A DNA stretch of 64,000 bases from Kiritimatiellia bacterium (GTDB lineage: Bacteria; Verrucomicrobiota; Kiritimatiellia; RFP12; UBA1067). Where the stretch lies: contig JBJEWA010000140.1 of NCBI GenBank assembly GCA_051884805.1, positions 342 through 64,341 of the forward strand. Reading direction: 5' to 3'. Below are positions 40,114-53,116 of this stretch, piece by piece; the first letter of the stretch is position 1; each line of letters opens with the position of its first letter. A program made the translations under genes and the position numbers. The notes below the pieces were generated by a model. It was given only the letters and a program-made list of their open reading frames with translations, ran no database searches and was not told the DNA's origin.

Positions 40114-41961
40114 TTACTCCACTGTCACTGATTTCGCCAAATTGCGCGGCTGGTCGATCTCGCAGCCGCGCAGCCGCGCCACATGATACGCGAAGAGCTG
40201 CAGCGCGACGGCCGTGACGACCGGCGCGCACGCCATGCCCGTGCGCGGCACGAAGATCACGTCGTCGCAATGCCGCGCCGCATCCTCGTCGCCCTGCGTG
40301 ACGATGCCGACGACGGGCGCCGAGCGCGCGCGGCACTCCTGCACGTTGCCCACCGTCTTCTCCTTGCCGGGCACGTCGTTCAGCAGCGCGACGACCGGCG
40401 TCTCGCCGCCGAGCAGCGCAATCGGCCCGTGCTTGAGCTCCGCCGCCTGGTAGCCCTCGGCATGGACATACGAGATCTCCTTCATCTTGAGCGCGCCTTC
40501 GAGCGCCGTCGGATAGAGGATGCCGCGGCCGAGGAAGAACATGTCGTTCGCCGCCGCGTACTTCTCCGCCACCGCCGCGATGCGGTCGTTCTCCCGCAGG
40601 ACCTCGGCGACGAGATCCGGCAGCGCGGCGATCTCGTCGCAGAGGCGCAGCCCCGCCTCGCGCGAGAGCCGCCGCGTGCGCCCGAGCTTCAGCGCCATCA
40701 TGAGCAGCACCGTGACCTGCGCCGTGAACGCCTTCGTCGAGGCGACGGAGATCTCCGGGCCCGCGTGCAGATAGACGCCGCGCCCGGCCTCGCGCGCGAT
40801 CGTCGAGCCGACGACGTTGCAGACCGCCGAGACCAGCGCGCCCTTGCCGATCGACTCGCGCACCGCCGCCAGCGTGTCCGCCGTCTCGCCCGACTGCGAG
40901 AGCGCAATCGCCCAGTCGTCCGGCCCGACGATCGGATTGCAGTAGCGGAACTCCGCCGCCTGCTCGGCGCTCGTCGGCAGGTCGGCGAGCGTCTCGAAGA
41001 GGTACTTGGCGACCATGCCGGCGTGGAGCGAGGTCCCGCAGCCGATGACGACGGCGCGGCGGAAGGTCGCGAGTTCGCGCGGCGGCAGGTTGAGGCCCGC
41101 CAGGATGGCCGTCCCGTCCGTGCGGTCGAGACGCCCCCGGATCGTGTTGCGCAGCGTCTCCGGCTGCTCGAAGATCTCCTTGAGCATGAAGTGGGCGTAG
41201 CCGCCCTTCTCGGCGGAGGCGGCGTCCCACTCGACCTGCTGGACGTCGCGCGCGACCGGCACGTTGTCGAGCGTGAAGACGTCCGCCCCGTCCGGCGTGA
41301 CGCGGGCGATGTCGCCGTCGTCGAGGTAGATGACCTGACGCGTGTGCGAGACGATGGCCGAGACGTCGCTGGCGACGACCGTCGAGCCTTCGCCGATGCC
41401 GATGACGAGCGGCGAACCCTTGCGCGCGACGATCATCTCGCCCGGATGCCGCAGCGAAAGGACGGCGATGCCGTACGTCCCCTCCACCTGCTTCAGGGCC
41501 TGGGAGACGGCCGCCATGAAGTCGTCGCCCGTGTCGAACGTCGCGATGAGATGCGCGAGCGCCTCGGTGTCGGTCTGCGAGGCGAAGACGCAGCCGCGCC
41601 GCTCCAGCTTGGCGCGGAGCGCGGCGTAGTTCTCGATGATGCCGTTGTGGACCAGCGCCAGCCGTCCGCCGTCCGCAAGGTGCGGATGCGCGTTCGTCTC
41701 CGTCGGCAGCCCGTGCGTCGCCCAGCGCGTGTGGGCGATGCCGAGCGTGTACTTCCCGCGTTCGTTCTCCGGCAGCTCCCCGGCGAGGAAGCGGTCGAGC
41801 TCGGCCACCTTCCCCGTCCGCTTGAAGACGCGCAGGCCATCCGGCGACTCAAGGGCGACGCCGGCCGAGTCGTAGCCCCGGTACTCCAGGCGCCGGAGCC
41901 CGTTGACGAGCGGACGGCACGCACTCTGGCTATGGCTGGAAAATCCGACGATTCCACACAT
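40114..41961 (-). CDS. glmS: glutamine--fructose-6-phosphate aminotransferase (isomerising)
   Basis: About 615 aa from MCGIVGF (N-terminal nucleophile Cys). Two SIS domains and the C-terminus ...KSVTVE. Confidence 0.9.
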   Translation of the reverse strand: MCGIVGFSSHSQSACRPLVNGLRRLEYRGYDSAGVALESPDGLRVFKRTGKVAELDRFLAGELPENERGKYTLGIAHTRWATHGLPTETNAHPHLADGGRLALVHNGIIENYAALRAKLERRGCVFASQTDTEALAHLIATFDTGDDFMAAVSQALKQVEGTYGIAVLSLRHPGEMIVARKGSPLVIGIGEGSTVVASDVSAIVSHTRQVIYLDDGDIARVTPDGADVFTLDNVPVARDVQQVEWDAASAEKGGYAHFMLKEIFEQPETLRNTIRGRLDRTDGTAILAGLNLPPRELATFRRAVVIGCGTSLHAGMVAKYLFETLADLPTSAEQAAEFRYCNPIVGPDDWAIALSQSGETADTLAAVRESIGKGALVSAVCNVVGSTIAREAGRGVYLHAGPEISVASTKAFTAQVTVLLMMALKLGRTRRLSREAGLRLCDEIAALPDLVAEVLRENDRIAAVAEKYAAANDMFFLGRGILYPTALEGALKMKEISYVHAEGYQAAELKHGPIALLGGETPVVALLNDVPGKEKTVGNVQECRARSAPVVGIVTQGDEDAARHCDDVIFVPRTGMACAPVVTAVALQLFAYHVARLRGCEIDQPRNLAKSVTVE

Positions 41962-41975
41962 GGCAACACCTTCCT

Positions 41976-43628
41976 TTACTGCTTCCTGACGCCCGTCTTC
42001 TGCTTCAGCGCCGCCGCGACCAGCCCGTCGAAAAGCGGATGCGGCGCCGTCGGACGCGACTTGAACTCCGGATGGAACTGCCCCGCGATGAAGAACGGGT
42101 GTCCCGGCAGCTCGACGATTTCGACCAGCGCGCCGTCCGGCGAAGTGCCGGAGACCTTCAATCCGGCCTGCTCCAGCGCCTCCCGGCCCGCCGTGGCGTA
42201 GCCGAGCTCGTAGCGGTGGCGGTGGCGCTCGGAAATCGTGAAGTCCGACCTGCCCTTCTCGCCGTAGGCCGGCGCGTAGAGCTTCGCCGCGAGCGTCCCC
42301 TTGCGGACGACGCACGGATACGCGCCGAGGCGCATCGTGCCGCCCTTCTGGGTGATGCCCTTCTGCGTCTCCATCAGGTCGATCACCGGATGCGTCGTCT
42401 TCGGATCGAACTCCGTCGAGTTCGCGTCCGCCCAGCCGACGACGTCCCGAGCGTACTCGATGGCCGTGCACTGCATGCCGAGACAGATGCCGAGGAACGG
42501 AATCCGGTGTTCGCGCGCGTATTTGATCGCGAGGCACTTGCCCGCGACGCCGCGGCTACCGAAGCCGCCGGGGACGAGGATGCCGTCCACGCCCCGGAGG
42601 AGCGACGGGTCCTGCTCCAGTTCCTCCGCCTCGATGCATTTCACCTTCGTCTTGCAGTCGTGCGCCATGCCGGCATGGTGCAGGGCCTCGTGAACGGACT
42701 TGTAGGCGTCGCGGATCGCGATGTACTTGCCGACGAGCGCGATCTCGCACGTCCGTTTCGGCTGCGTCGCCTTCTTGACCAGCGTGTCCCACACCGTGTG
42801 CTTGATGGGCCAGATGTCGAGATGGAGCTGCTTCAGCACCTCCTCGTCCAGATGCTGCTTGCGCAGTTCCCGCGGAATCGCGTAGACCGAGTCGGTGACG
42901 TCCTGCTCCTCGATCACGCGCTCCGGGCGCACGTTGCAGAAGAGCGCCAGCTTCTCCAGATGCTCCTTCGGAATCGTCATCTCCGTGCGGCAGACGAGGA
43001 TGTCCGGGATGATGCCGATCGCCCGGAGCTGCCCGACCGAATGCTGCGACGGCTTCGTCTTCAGCTCGCCGGCGGCCTTGAGATACGGCACCAGCGTCAG
43101 GTGCACGAAGCAGGTGTTGTCGTAGCCCTCCTCGAAGCGGAACTGCCGCGCCGCCTCCAGGAACGGCAGCGACTCGATGTCGCCCGACACGCCGCCGATC
43201 TCGCAGAGGACGATGTCGCAGTCGTGCTCGCCGGCCGAGCGGATCGCCGCCTTGATCTCGTTCGTGACGTGCGGCACGACCTGCACCGTGCCGCCCAGGT
43301 AGCCGCCCGCCCGTTCGCGCGCCAGCACCGACGCGTAGATGCGCCCGGAGGTGTAGTTCGACGCCTTCGAGCAGGTCACGCCGGCGAAGCGCTCGTAGTG
43401 GCCAAGGTCAAGATCCGTCTCCGCGCCGTCGTCGGTCACGAAGACTTCCCCGTGCTGATACGGCGACATCGTGCCCGGATCGACGTTCAGGTAGGGGTCG
43501 AGCTTCTGCATGAAGACCCGGTAGCCGCGGCTCTTCAGCAGCAGCGCGAGCGAGGCGGACGTGATGCCCTTTCCCAGGGAACTGACCACGCCGCCGGTGA
43601 TGAAGACGTACTTGACTTGATGTTTCAT
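41976..43628 (-). CDS. pyrG: CTP synthase
   Basis: 550 aa. [22 protein letters not shown] synthase domain. GATase domain GICLGMQ with HRHRYE. Confidence 0.95.
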   Translation of the reverse strand: MKHQVKYVFITGGVVSSLGKGITSASLALLLKSRGYRVFMQKLDPYLNVDPGTMSPYQHGEVFVTDDGAETDLDLGHYERFAGVTCSKASNYTSGRIYASVLARERAGGYLGGTVQVVPHVTNEIKAAIRSAGEHDCDIVLCEIGGVSGDIESLPFLEAARQFRFEEGYDNTCFVHLTLVPYLKAAGELKTKPSQHSVGQLRAIGIIPDILVCRTEMTIPKEHLEKLALFCNVRPERVIEEQDVTDSVYAIPRELRKQHLDEEVLKQLHLDIWPIKHTVWDTLVKKATQPKRTCEIALVGKYIAIRDAYKSVHEALHHAGMAHDCKTKVKCIEAEELEQDPSLLRGVDGILVPGGFGSRGVAGKCLAIKYAREHRIPFLGICLGMQCTAIEYARDVVGWADANSTEFDPKTTHPVIDLMETQKGITQKGGTMRLGAYPCVVRKGTLAAKLYAPAYGEKGRSDFTISERHRHRYELGYATAGREALEQAGLKVSGTSPDGALVEIVELPGHPFFIAGQFHPEFKSRPTAPHPLFDGLVAAALKQKTGVRKQ

Positions 43629-43681
43629 GGCGAGCAGCTGGATGATTGAAAGGTCGGAAAGCCGGATCGGGAAGCGGCGGC

Positions 43682-44842
43682 TCAGGCCATCAGCCGGCGG
43701 AAGTCGTCGAAGAGCCGGGTCGAATCGTGCGGACCGGGACAGCTTTCCGGATGATACTGGACCGAGAATGCCGGCAGCGTCTTGTGCCGGACGCCCTCGA
43801 CCGAGCCGTCGTTCAGGCTGACGTGCGTCACCTCAAGGCAGGCGGGAACCGTGTCGGGCAGGACGGCGAAGTTGTGGTTCTGGCTCGTAATCTCCACCCG
43901 TCCCGTCGCGAGGTCCTTGACCGGATGGTTGCACCCGTGATGCCCGAACTTCAGCCGTCCCGTCTTCGCGCCGCAGGCGATGGCGAGCAACTGATGCCCG
44001 AGGCAGATGCCGAAGATCGGAATCGCCCGGCCGGCGGCGGCGCAGTCCAGCAGCTTCCGGATGTTCTCGACGGCATAGGTCACCGCCATGGGGTCGGCGG
44101 GGCCGTTGGAGAGAAAGACGCCGTCGGGCTTCAGCGCCAGCACCTCCTCGGCCGGTGTCTTCGCCGGCACGACCGTCACGCGCGCGAACGCGGCGAGCGA
44201 ACGCAGGATGTTCGTCTTGATGCCGAAGTCGTAGCAGACGACGCGGGGGCCGTCGGACGGACCGACGGACGGGAATGACGCCGCGTAAGGCGCATCGCAG
44301 GTCACGCGGGACGCGTAATCCTGTCCGTCAAGGCCCTCCCATTCCCGCGCCCGGGCAATCGCCCGCCGCTTCAGGTCCTCGTCACGCACGCCGGGTTCCT
44401 CTTCGACCTGCAGATACGCCTTCTGGTTGCCGCAATCCCGCAGGTGCGCCGTCAGCGCCCGCGTATCGACGCCATAGATGCCGGGCACGCCGTTGCGCTG
44501 CAGGTAGGCGTCGAGCGACTCGGTGGCGCGGTGGTTCGACGGTTCGGTCAAGTCGCCGATGACCAGCCCCGACAGGAACAGCGCCCGCGACTCGACGTCC
44601 TCCAGATTGACCCCGTAGTTGCCGACTTCCGCCGTCGTGAGCGTGACGAACTGGCCGGCGTACGACGGATCCGTCAGAATCTCCTGATACCCGCACATGC
44701 CGGTGTTGAACACGACCTCCCCGCAGCGGTTCTCCCGCGCACCAAAGGCCACGCCGGAGAAGACGGTCCCGTCCGCCAGCGCCAGAAAGGCCCTCCTTTC
44801 CCGCTCCGCCTGCCATTTCCTCGCCAACATCTCGCTGTCCAT
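43682..44842 (-). CDS. carA: carbamoyl-phosphate synthase small (glutaminase) subunit
   Basis: About 386 aa from the ATG at 44842 (SD GGGGGA 6 nt upstream). [21 protein letters not shown], and the GATase motif GICLGHQ with HH...N. Confidence 0.9.
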   Translation of the reverse strand: MDSEMLARKWQAERERRAFLALADGTVFSGVAFGARENRCGEVVFNTGMCGYQEILTDPSYAGQFVTLTTAEVGNYGVNLEDVESRALFLSGLVIGDLTEPSNHRATESLDAYLQRNGVPGIYGVDTRALTAHLRDCGNQKAYLQVEEEPGVRDEDLKRRAIARAREWEGLDGQDYASRVTCDAPYAASFPSVGPSDGPRVVCYDFGIKTNILRSLAAFARVTVVPAKTPAEEVLALKPDGVFLSNGPADPMAVTYAVENIRKLLDCAAAGRAIPIFGICLGHQLLAIACGAKTGRLKFGHHGCNHPVKDLATGRVEITSQNHNFAVLPDTVPACLEVTHVSLNDGSVEGVRHKTLPAFSVQYHPESCPGPHDSTRLFDDFRRLMA

Positions 44843-44883
44843 GGTTGTCCCCCTTGTGCCCCGGGTCCGCTTCGCCCGGTCCG

Positions 44884-46566
44884 TCAATAGCTTCTGCCGC
44901 CCCTGCGCGCCAGGTAGTTCCGCATCGCCTCGTGGAGGACGCGCGCACCGCCCGGCGTCGGATAATCCCCCGTGAAATACCAGTCTCCGCGCGAATCGGG
45001 ACAGGCCGCATGCATCGCCTCCACGGTCTGAAACACGACGTCAACCCGCGCCCGCATGCCTCTGGGCGTGATGAGCCGCGCGATTTCCGCCGCCAGCTCC
45101 CCGGCCGTCGTCCGCGCATAGACCTGCCGCAGGTCCTCCGTCCCGCGCAATGTCTCCTCGCCGACGAGATTCACGAGCGCCCGGAACGCCACCAGCTCCT
45201 CCAGCGTCGACATGTCGATGCCGTAGCAGTCCGGATAGCAGATCGGCGGCGCGGACGAGGCGACGACGATGCGCTTCGGACCGAGCCGGTCGAGCATCGG
45301 CAGGATGGCGTTGCGCATCGTGTTGCCCCGGACGATCGAATCGTCAAGCACGACCAGCGTGTCGGTGCCGGGCCTGACCAGCCCGTAGGTCACGTCGTAG
45401 ACGTGCTGGTAGAACTCCCGTCGCGCAGCGGCGTCGGCGATGAAGGTGCGGAACTTCGCATCCTTGACGGCGATCTGCCCGAACCTGACCGGACGCCCCT
45501 CGGCGAGCCCTTCGGTCCAGAGCGCCTCCAGCAGCCCCTGGAAGGCGACCTGCGCGGAATTCGGGATGTAGCTGAAGAAGGTGTTTCCGAGGTCGCCGCC
45601 GACCGCCGCCAGCAGCGGCTTCGCGAGCGCCGCGCCAAGCGCCTTGCGCTCCCGGTGGATGTCGGCGTCGTTCGCCCGCGAGAAATAGATGCGCTCAAAG
45701 ACGCAGCTGCGGCGTTCCGCCGCCGCGACGACCGGCTCGTGCCGGACGCTGCCGTCCGGCGCAATCAGCAGCGCCTCGCCCGGCGGCAGTTCCCCCACGT
45801 CGTCCGGCATCAGGTCGAACGCCGCCTGGATGGCAGGCCGCTCGGACGCCACCACCGCCACGTCGTCGCTGACATGGTAGTAGCCCGGACGGATGCCCCG
45901 CGGGTCGCGGACGGCGAAGCTCCAGCCGTCGCCCGTCATGCCGCAGAGCGTATAGGCGCCGTCCAGCTTCGGCAGCAGCGCCTTCAGCGCCGAGACGAGC
46001 ACGTCGCCCCGGTCGACCGAGGACTCCGTCCGCAGCCGCTCCACTTCCTCCCGCAGCATGCACGAGGCCAGCCATTCGCAGATCAGGTACCCGTCCGCCG
46101 TCGACTCGGGATGCTTGCCGAGCGCCACATAGGCGTCGAACAGCTCGTGCGTGTTGGTCAGGTTGAAGTTGCCGGCCAGGAAGAGCGTCCGCCCGAGCCG
46201 CGCCGACTTGTGCACGAACGGATGGCAGAAGCCGATGTCGCCCTTGCCGTAGGTCGCATAGCGGAGATGGCCGAGAAACAGCGACGCATCGCGGTCCGTG
46301 CGCCTGCCGAGCATAGACAGCAAGTCCGCGAGGGGACGATCCGACGCGGACTTGAGTTCGAGATAGGCGGGTCTGCCCGGCTGGGGAGCGAGCGAGAGCA
46401 ATGTCGCGCCGGCTCCGTCCTGCCCCCGGTTGTGCTGTTTCTCCAGCAGCAGCGAGAGCTTCGTCCCCCCGAAGTCGGCCGAACCGTACTTCGCGGCGTA
46501 ATAGGCGGCACCCCTGCGAAGCCGCAGGAGCGCCACCGCACATTCGTGCCTGATCGAATCCGACAT
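44884..46566 (-). CDS. purF: amidophosphoribosyltransferase (long form with N-terminal propeptide before the catalytic Cys)
   Basis: 560 aa. MSDSIRHE then CAVALL (Cys after a short propeptide), NRGQDGAG, and the PRTase motif VLDDSIVRGNTM. Confidence 0.85.
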   Translation of the reverse strand: MSDSIRHECAVALLRLRRGAAYYAAKYGSADFGGTKLSLLLEKQHNRGQDGAGATLLSLAPQPGRPAYLELKSASDRPLADLLSMLGRRTDRDASLFLGHLRYATYGKGDIGFCHPFVHKSARLGRTLFLAGNFNLTNTHELFDAYVALGKHPESTADGYLICEWLASCMLREEVERLRTESSVDRGDVLVSALKALLPKLDGAYTLCGMTGDGWSFAVRDPRGIRPGYYHVSDDVAVVASERPAIQAAFDLMPDDVGELPPGEALLIAPDGSVRHEPVVAAAERRSCVFERIYFSRANDADIHRERKALGAALAKPLLAAVGGDLGNTFFSYIPNSAQVAFQGLLEALWTEGLAEGRPVRFGQIAVKDAKFRTFIADAAARREFYQHVYDVTYGLVRPGTDTLVVLDDSIVRGNTMRNAILPMLDRLGPKRIVVASSAPPICYPDCYGIDMSTLEELVAFRALVNLVGEETLRGTEDLRQVYARTTAGELAAEIARLITPRGMRARVDVVFQTVEAMHAACPDSRGDWYFTGDYPTPGGARVLHEAMRNYLARRGGRSY

Positions 46567-46605
46567 GAGTCCAGCCTGTGCAGACCTCGACCTTTGCCCC
46601 CGAAC

Positions 46606-48792
<2,187 letters not shown>

Positions 48793-48854
48793 GGCTTTTT
48801 CCTTTCGCTTCGCTGGGCGCGGACCATCCGCACCCAGCCAACCGGAAGTTGAAT

Positions 48855-48870
48855 TGCAAACTCCGTGCCA
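48855..48870 (-). promoter_or_regulatory. sigma54 (-24/-12) promoter for glnN
   Basis: Minus-strand TGGCACggagtTTGCA is an exact match to the TGGCAC-N5-TTGCA consensus, about 60 nt upstream of the chosen glnN ATG. Confidence 0.55.
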
Positions 48871-48932
48871 ACCGGCGGAAACACGCCGCAGGCCGCAAAA
48901 GCCGGGTCTCCGGCCGCCATCGTTTACATCAT

Positions 48933-48961
48933 TTGTAATAGCGACGCTCACGGTATTACAA
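48933..48961. promoter_or_regulatory. perfect inverted repeat TTGTAATA-N13-TATTACAA about 65-90 bp upstream of the glnN sigma54 promoter; candidate enhancer-binding-protein (UAS) site
   Basis: Seen directly. Position relative to the -24/-12 element is typical for bEBP upstream activator sites. The sequence is not the enteric NtrC consensus. Confidence 0.3.
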
Positions 48962-49244
48962 AGCGTGACTCATCTCCAGTCCGGGCGGCCGCCCTGTCCC
49001 GCTGTTCACGCGACATGGCCCCTCCAGTCCCTGCGAATATCCTCATACCCATTTTTCTGCCCAACGGTTTCCCCTCGCCCCGACGATGGCTGCGGACCAG
49101 ACGCAATCGCCCTCAGCCGCTTCCGCCAGCAGGAACTCACCATTTCGGGATATTTTACCATAAAATCCGCCGCCGCACGTTGCGGACTTTGTCCGCTGCG
49201 CGCCAGCGCACGCAGGGAATGTGTTGGCAAGCCGTCGGAACGGC

Positions 49245-49280
49245 AAAAAGGCGCCGCGACCGATGGGTCGCGTCGCCCTT
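49245..49280 (-). terminator. rho-independent terminator after hydA
   Basis: Minus-strand GGCGACGCGACC-atcg-GGTCGCGGCGCC stem (1 mismatch) followed by TTTTT. It lies 20-55 nt downstream of the hydA stop. Confidence 0.45.
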
Positions 49281-49301
49281 TCACCTGACTGTCCGGTCCG
49301 C

Positions 49302-51074
49302 TCAGCCGCGGGCGTTGCAGTGGTAGCAGGTATGGAGGAGGTGGTGCGCCTTCTCGCTGCCGGGTTCGCCCAGATACTCCTGATAGAGCTTCTGGATGTC
49401 CGGATTCTCGTGCGAGAGCCGGATCGGCTTGCCCTCGTCCTCGGCGTAAAGACCGGCCATGCGCTGCTCAAGCACGGCCTTGCGGTCATCCTCGCCGGCG
49501 ACCAGCGGCTGCCCGCCGCCGTTGATGCAGCCGCCGGGACACGCCATGATCTCAATCGCCTGGAAGCGGTTGCGGTCGGCGCGGACCATGTCCAGCACCT
49601 TGCGCGCATTGCCGAGACCCGACGCGATCGCGACGTTGACGCTGACGCCCGGCGCGACTTCAACCTTGGCCTCCTTGACGCCATCCAGGCCGCGAACCGC
49701 GCGGTAGTTGATCTGGTCGCCCTCGGGGTTCTTGCCCGTAAGCATGAACTTGACGCTGCGGAGAGCCGCTTCGAGCACGCCGCCGGTGACGCCGAAGATG
49801 ACGCCCGCGCCGGTCGACTCGCCGAGGGGGCTGTCGTACTCCGCATCCTCGAGGTTCGCCAGGTTGACGCCGGCCTCGTGGAACATCGAGATGAGCTCGC
49901 GCGTGGTGACGACGTAGTCGACGTCCTTCACGCCGTCGTGCTCGAACTCGGGGCGCGCCGCCTCGTACTTCTTCGCCTGGCAGGGCATGATCGAGACGAC
50001 CACGAGGTCCTTCGGCGCAATGCCCAGCTTCTCGGCGTAGTAGCTCTTCGCGATTGCGCCGAACATCTGCTGCGGACTCTTGCAGCTCGACGGGATGTCG
50101 AGCAGGTCCGGATAGTGATGCTCAAGGAAGTTGATCCAGCCCGGGCAGCAGGAGGTGAGGATCGGCAGGTTCTTCCCGCTCTTCACGCGCTCGACGAGCT
50201 CGTGGCCCTCCTCCATGATCGTGAGGTCGGCCGAGAAGTCGGTGTCGAACACCTTCGCGAAGCCGAGCTGCCGAAGACCGGCGACGAGCTTGCCCGTGAC
50301 CGGCTGGCCGACCTTGAAGCCGTATTCCTGGCCGACCGCGACGCGCACCGCCGGCGCCGTCTGGACGATCACCGTCTTCGTCGTGTCGTGGAGCGCCCGC
50401 CAGACGTTCGCGACCTTGTTGTTGCCGACGATCGCGCCGGTGGGGCAGACGTTCGCGCACTGGCCGCAGAACGTGCAGGAGCTGTCCGCCAGCGGAATCA
50501 TCGAGGCGGTGCCGACCTTGGCGGCGAAGCCGCGGCCGTTGCCCGTGAGGGCGCCGACGGTCTGCACCTTGTTGCACACCGTCTCGCAGCGGCGGCACAT
50601 GACGCACTTCGACATGTCGCGGACCAGCGCCGGCGACTCGTCGACGGGCAGCACGTTCATCGCGCCCTTGTACTTGATCTCGCGGATGCCGAACTCGTGC
50701 GCCAGCTTCTGCAGCTCGCAGTGCTGGTTCTTCGTGCAGGTAAGGCACGTCTGCGGATGGTCGGAGAGCAGCAGCTCCAGCACCGTGCGGCGGGCCTTGA
50801 GCGCGCGCTGCGAATTCGTCCAGACCTCGACGCCGTCGCGCGAAATCGGGGTCGCGCAGGCCGGCACGAGAATCTTGCGGGGTCCACGGATGCCGGTCGC
50901 CTCGACGAGGCAGAGCCGGCAGGAGGCCGGCTTGTTCGCCGTCCCGCACCCGACGTCGGGGCAGTAGCACAGGGTCGGGATGTGGACGCTGATCTTGTTC
51001 GCCGCGTCAAGGATGGTGGCACCGGCCGGGATCTCGACCTTGGTACCGTTGATCGTAACAGTCACGTTAGCCAT
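49302..51074 (-). CDS. hydA: [FeFe]-hydrogenase catalytic subunit (HydA/HndD type, with N-terminal 2Fe-2S and 4Fe-4S ferredoxin-like domains)
   Basis: 590 aa. H-cluster motifs TSCCPGW, MPCQAKKYE and MACPGGCINGGGQP. N-terminal 2Fe-2S Cys pattern and two 4Fe-4S CxxCxxCxxxCP motifs. Confidence 0.9.
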   Translation of the reverse strand: MANVTVTINGTKVEIPAGATILDAANKISVHIPTLCYCPDVGCGTANKPASCRLCLVEATGIRGPRKILVPACATPISRDGVEVWTNSQRALKARRTVLELLLSDHPQTCLTCTKNQHCELQKLAHEFGIREIKYKGAMNVLPVDESPALVRDMSKCVMCRRCETVCNKVQTVGALTGNGRGFAAKVGTASMIPLADSSCTFCGQCANVCPTGAIVGNNKVANVWRALHDTTKTVIVQTAPAVRVAVGQEYGFKVGQPVTGKLVAGLRQLGFAKVFDTDFSADLTIMEEGHELVERVKSGKNLPILTSCCPGWINFLEHHYPDLLDIPSSCKSPQQMFGAIAKSYYAEKLGIAPKDLVVVSIMPCQAKKYEAARPEFEHDGVKDVDYVVTTRELISMFHEAGVNLANLEDAEYDSPLGESTGAGVIFGVTGGVLEAALRSVKFMLTGKNPEGDQINYRAVRGLDGVKEAKVEVAPGVSVNVAIASGLGNARKVLDMVRADRNRFQAIEIMACPGGCINGGGQPLVAGEDDRKAVLEQRMAGLYAEDEGKPIRLSHENPDIQKLYQEYLGEPGSEKAHHLLHTCYHCNARG

Positions 51075-51115
51075 GTTAATCTTCTTTCCTTAGCCTCTGA
51101 CCTCTGGTCGCTGAA

Positions 51116-53044
51116 CTACTCCTTGACGATTGCCTTGAACGGACATGCCGAGATGCACGCGCCGCACTTGATGCACTTCTTCGCGTCGATGACGTGCAGC
51201 TGCTTGACCGCGCCGGCGATGGCGTTGACGGGGCAGTTGCGCGCGCACTTCGTGCAGCCCTTGCACTTGTCGGTGATCTTGAGCGAGTAGAGCTTCGTGC
51301 AAGTTCCGGCCGGGCACTTCTTGTCGCGGACGTGCGCGACGTACTCGTCCCTGAAGTAGCGGAGCGTCGAGAGAATCGGGTTCGGCGCCGTCTGGCCGAG
51401 GCCGCAGAGCGCCGTGTCCTTGATCGTGTTCGCAAGCTCCTCGAGCTCGCCCAGCATCTCCTCGGTGCCGTTGCCGTCGCAGATCTTCTCCAGCATCTCC
51501 AGCATGCGGCGCGTGCCGATGCGGCACGGCGTGCACTTGCCGCAGGACTCGTCCTTCGTGAACTCGAGGTAGAACTTCGCCATCGCGGGCATGCAGTCCT
51601 TGTCGGAAAGCACGATCATACCGCCCGAGCCCATCATCGAGCCGATCTTGCCGAGGTTGGCGTAGTCGATCGGGGTGTCGAGGTTCTCCTTCGTGATGCA
51701 GCCGCCCGAGGGACCGCCCGTCTGGACGGCCTTGAATTCGTGGCCGCCGGAGATGCCGCCGCCGATGTCGTAGATGATCTCGCGCAGCGTCGTGCCCATC
51801 GGAACCTCGACCAGGCCGACGTTGTTGATCTGGCCGGCGAGCGCGAACACCTTCGTGCCCGAGTTGCCCGAGACGGTCTTGACCCAGTTGCCCTTCGCGT
51901 CCCTCTCGACGACCCAGTTGCCGATCTTGGCGTACTTCTCGGCGCCGTTGACGATGATCCACGGAATCGAGGCGTAGGTCTCGACGTTGTTGACGTTGGT
52001 CGAGCAGCCCCAGTAGCCGCCGCCGACGTTGGCCGGGAACGGCGGCTTGGTCGTGGGCTCGCCGCGCTGGCCCTCCATCGAATGGATGAGCGCCGTCTCC
52101 TCGCCGCAGACGAACGCGCCCGCGCCCAGCTTGATCTCGACGTCGAACGAGAAGTCGGAGCCGAAGATGCGCTCGCCGAGGAGGCCGCACGCGCGGGCCT
52201 GGTCGATCGCGTTCTGGAGGCGCTGGACCGCGAGCGGGTATTCCGCGCGGATGTAGACGAGGCCGTGCTGGGCGCCGATCGCGTACGCGCCGATCGCCAT
52301 CGCCTCGATGACCGAGTTCGGGTCGCCCTCCATGATCGAGCGGTCCATGAACGCGCCCGGATCGCCCTCGTCGGCGTTGCAGACGATGTACTTCTCGTCG
52401 GCCTGGACGCCCGCGGCGATCTTCCACTTCAGGCCGGTCGGGAAGCCCGCGCCGCCGCGGCCGCAGATGCCGGAGTTGAGGACCTCCTGCACGACCTCCG
52501 CCGGCTTCATCTCGCAGACGGCCTTCGCGAGGCCCTGGTAGCCCTGGTTGGCGATGTACTCCTCGATGGACTCGGCGTCGATGAGGCCGCAGTTGCGGAG
52601 CGAGATGCGCATCTGCTTCGCGTAGAACGGCATCTTCGCGTAGTCGTGGATCGCCTCCTTGAGCGTCGGCTCGACGTACAGGAGGCGCTCGACGATCTCG
52701 TGGCCCTTGACGTGCTTCTCGACGATTTCCTTCGCGTCCTCGGGCGTGACCTGCACGTAGAAGACGTTGTCGGGCATGATCTTCACGATCGGACCCTGGG
52801 CGCAGAAGCCGAAGCAGCCGGTCTGGATCACCTTGACGTCGCTCTCCAGCCCCGCCGCCTTGATCTCGGCGCGGAGGTTCTCCATGAGCACGTTGGAGCT
52901 GGACGCGTGGCAGCCCGTGCCGCCGCAGCAGAGGATGTCCTTCTTGACGGAATCGATCTTGCCCGCGACGAGACGCTTCGTAAGCTCGCCCTTGGCGGCT
53001 TCGTACGCCGCGAGGAGATCGGCCTTGGTAGAAATCTTGTTCAT
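51116..53044 (-). CDS. hydB: NADH-binding flavoprotein subunit of multimeric [FeFe] hydrogenase (HydB/HndC, NuoF-like)
   Basis: About 642 aa from the ATG at 53044. N-terminal thioredoxin-like 2Fe-2S domain, NuoF core (GRGGAGFPTGLKW, ADEGDPGAF, ESCGKCTPCR) and C-terminal 4Fe-4S ferredoxin motifs. Confidence 0.85.
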   Translation of the reverse strand: MNKISTKADLLAAYEAAKGELTKRLVAGKIDSVKKDILCCGGTGCHASSSNVLMENLRAEIKAAGLESDVKVIQTGCFGFCAQGPIVKIMPDNVFYVQVTPEDAKEIVEKHVKGHEIVERLLYVEPTLKEAIHDYAKMPFYAKQMRISLRNCGLIDAESIEEYIANQGYQGLAKAVCEMKPAEVVQEVLNSGICGRGGAGFPTGLKWKIAAGVQADEKYIVCNADEGDPGAFMDRSIMEGDPNSVIEAMAIGAYAIGAQHGLVYIRAEYPLAVQRLQNAIDQARACGLLGERIFGSDFSFDVEIKLGAGAFVCGEETALIHSMEGQRGEPTTKPPFPANVGGGYWGCSTNVNNVETYASIPWIIVNGAEKYAKIGNWVVERDAKGNWVKTVSGNSGTKVFALAGQINNVGLVEVPMGTTLREIIYDIGGGISGGHEFKAVQTGGPSGGCITKENLDTPIDYANLGKIGSMMGSGGMIVLSDKDCMPAMAKFYLEFTKDESCGKCTPCRIGTRRMLEMLEKICDGNGTEEMLGELEELANTIKDTALCGLGQTAPNPILSTLRYFRDEYVAHVRDKKCPAGTCTKLYSLKITDKCKGCTKCARNCPVNAIAGAVKQLHVIDAKKCIKCGACISACPFKAIVKE

Positions 53045-53116
53045 GTCTTGTTTTTTCCCTAAATCGCTGATCGCTTGTGCATCAGGCGCCGGGCGCACCA
53101 CGCCCGGCGCCCGCGC

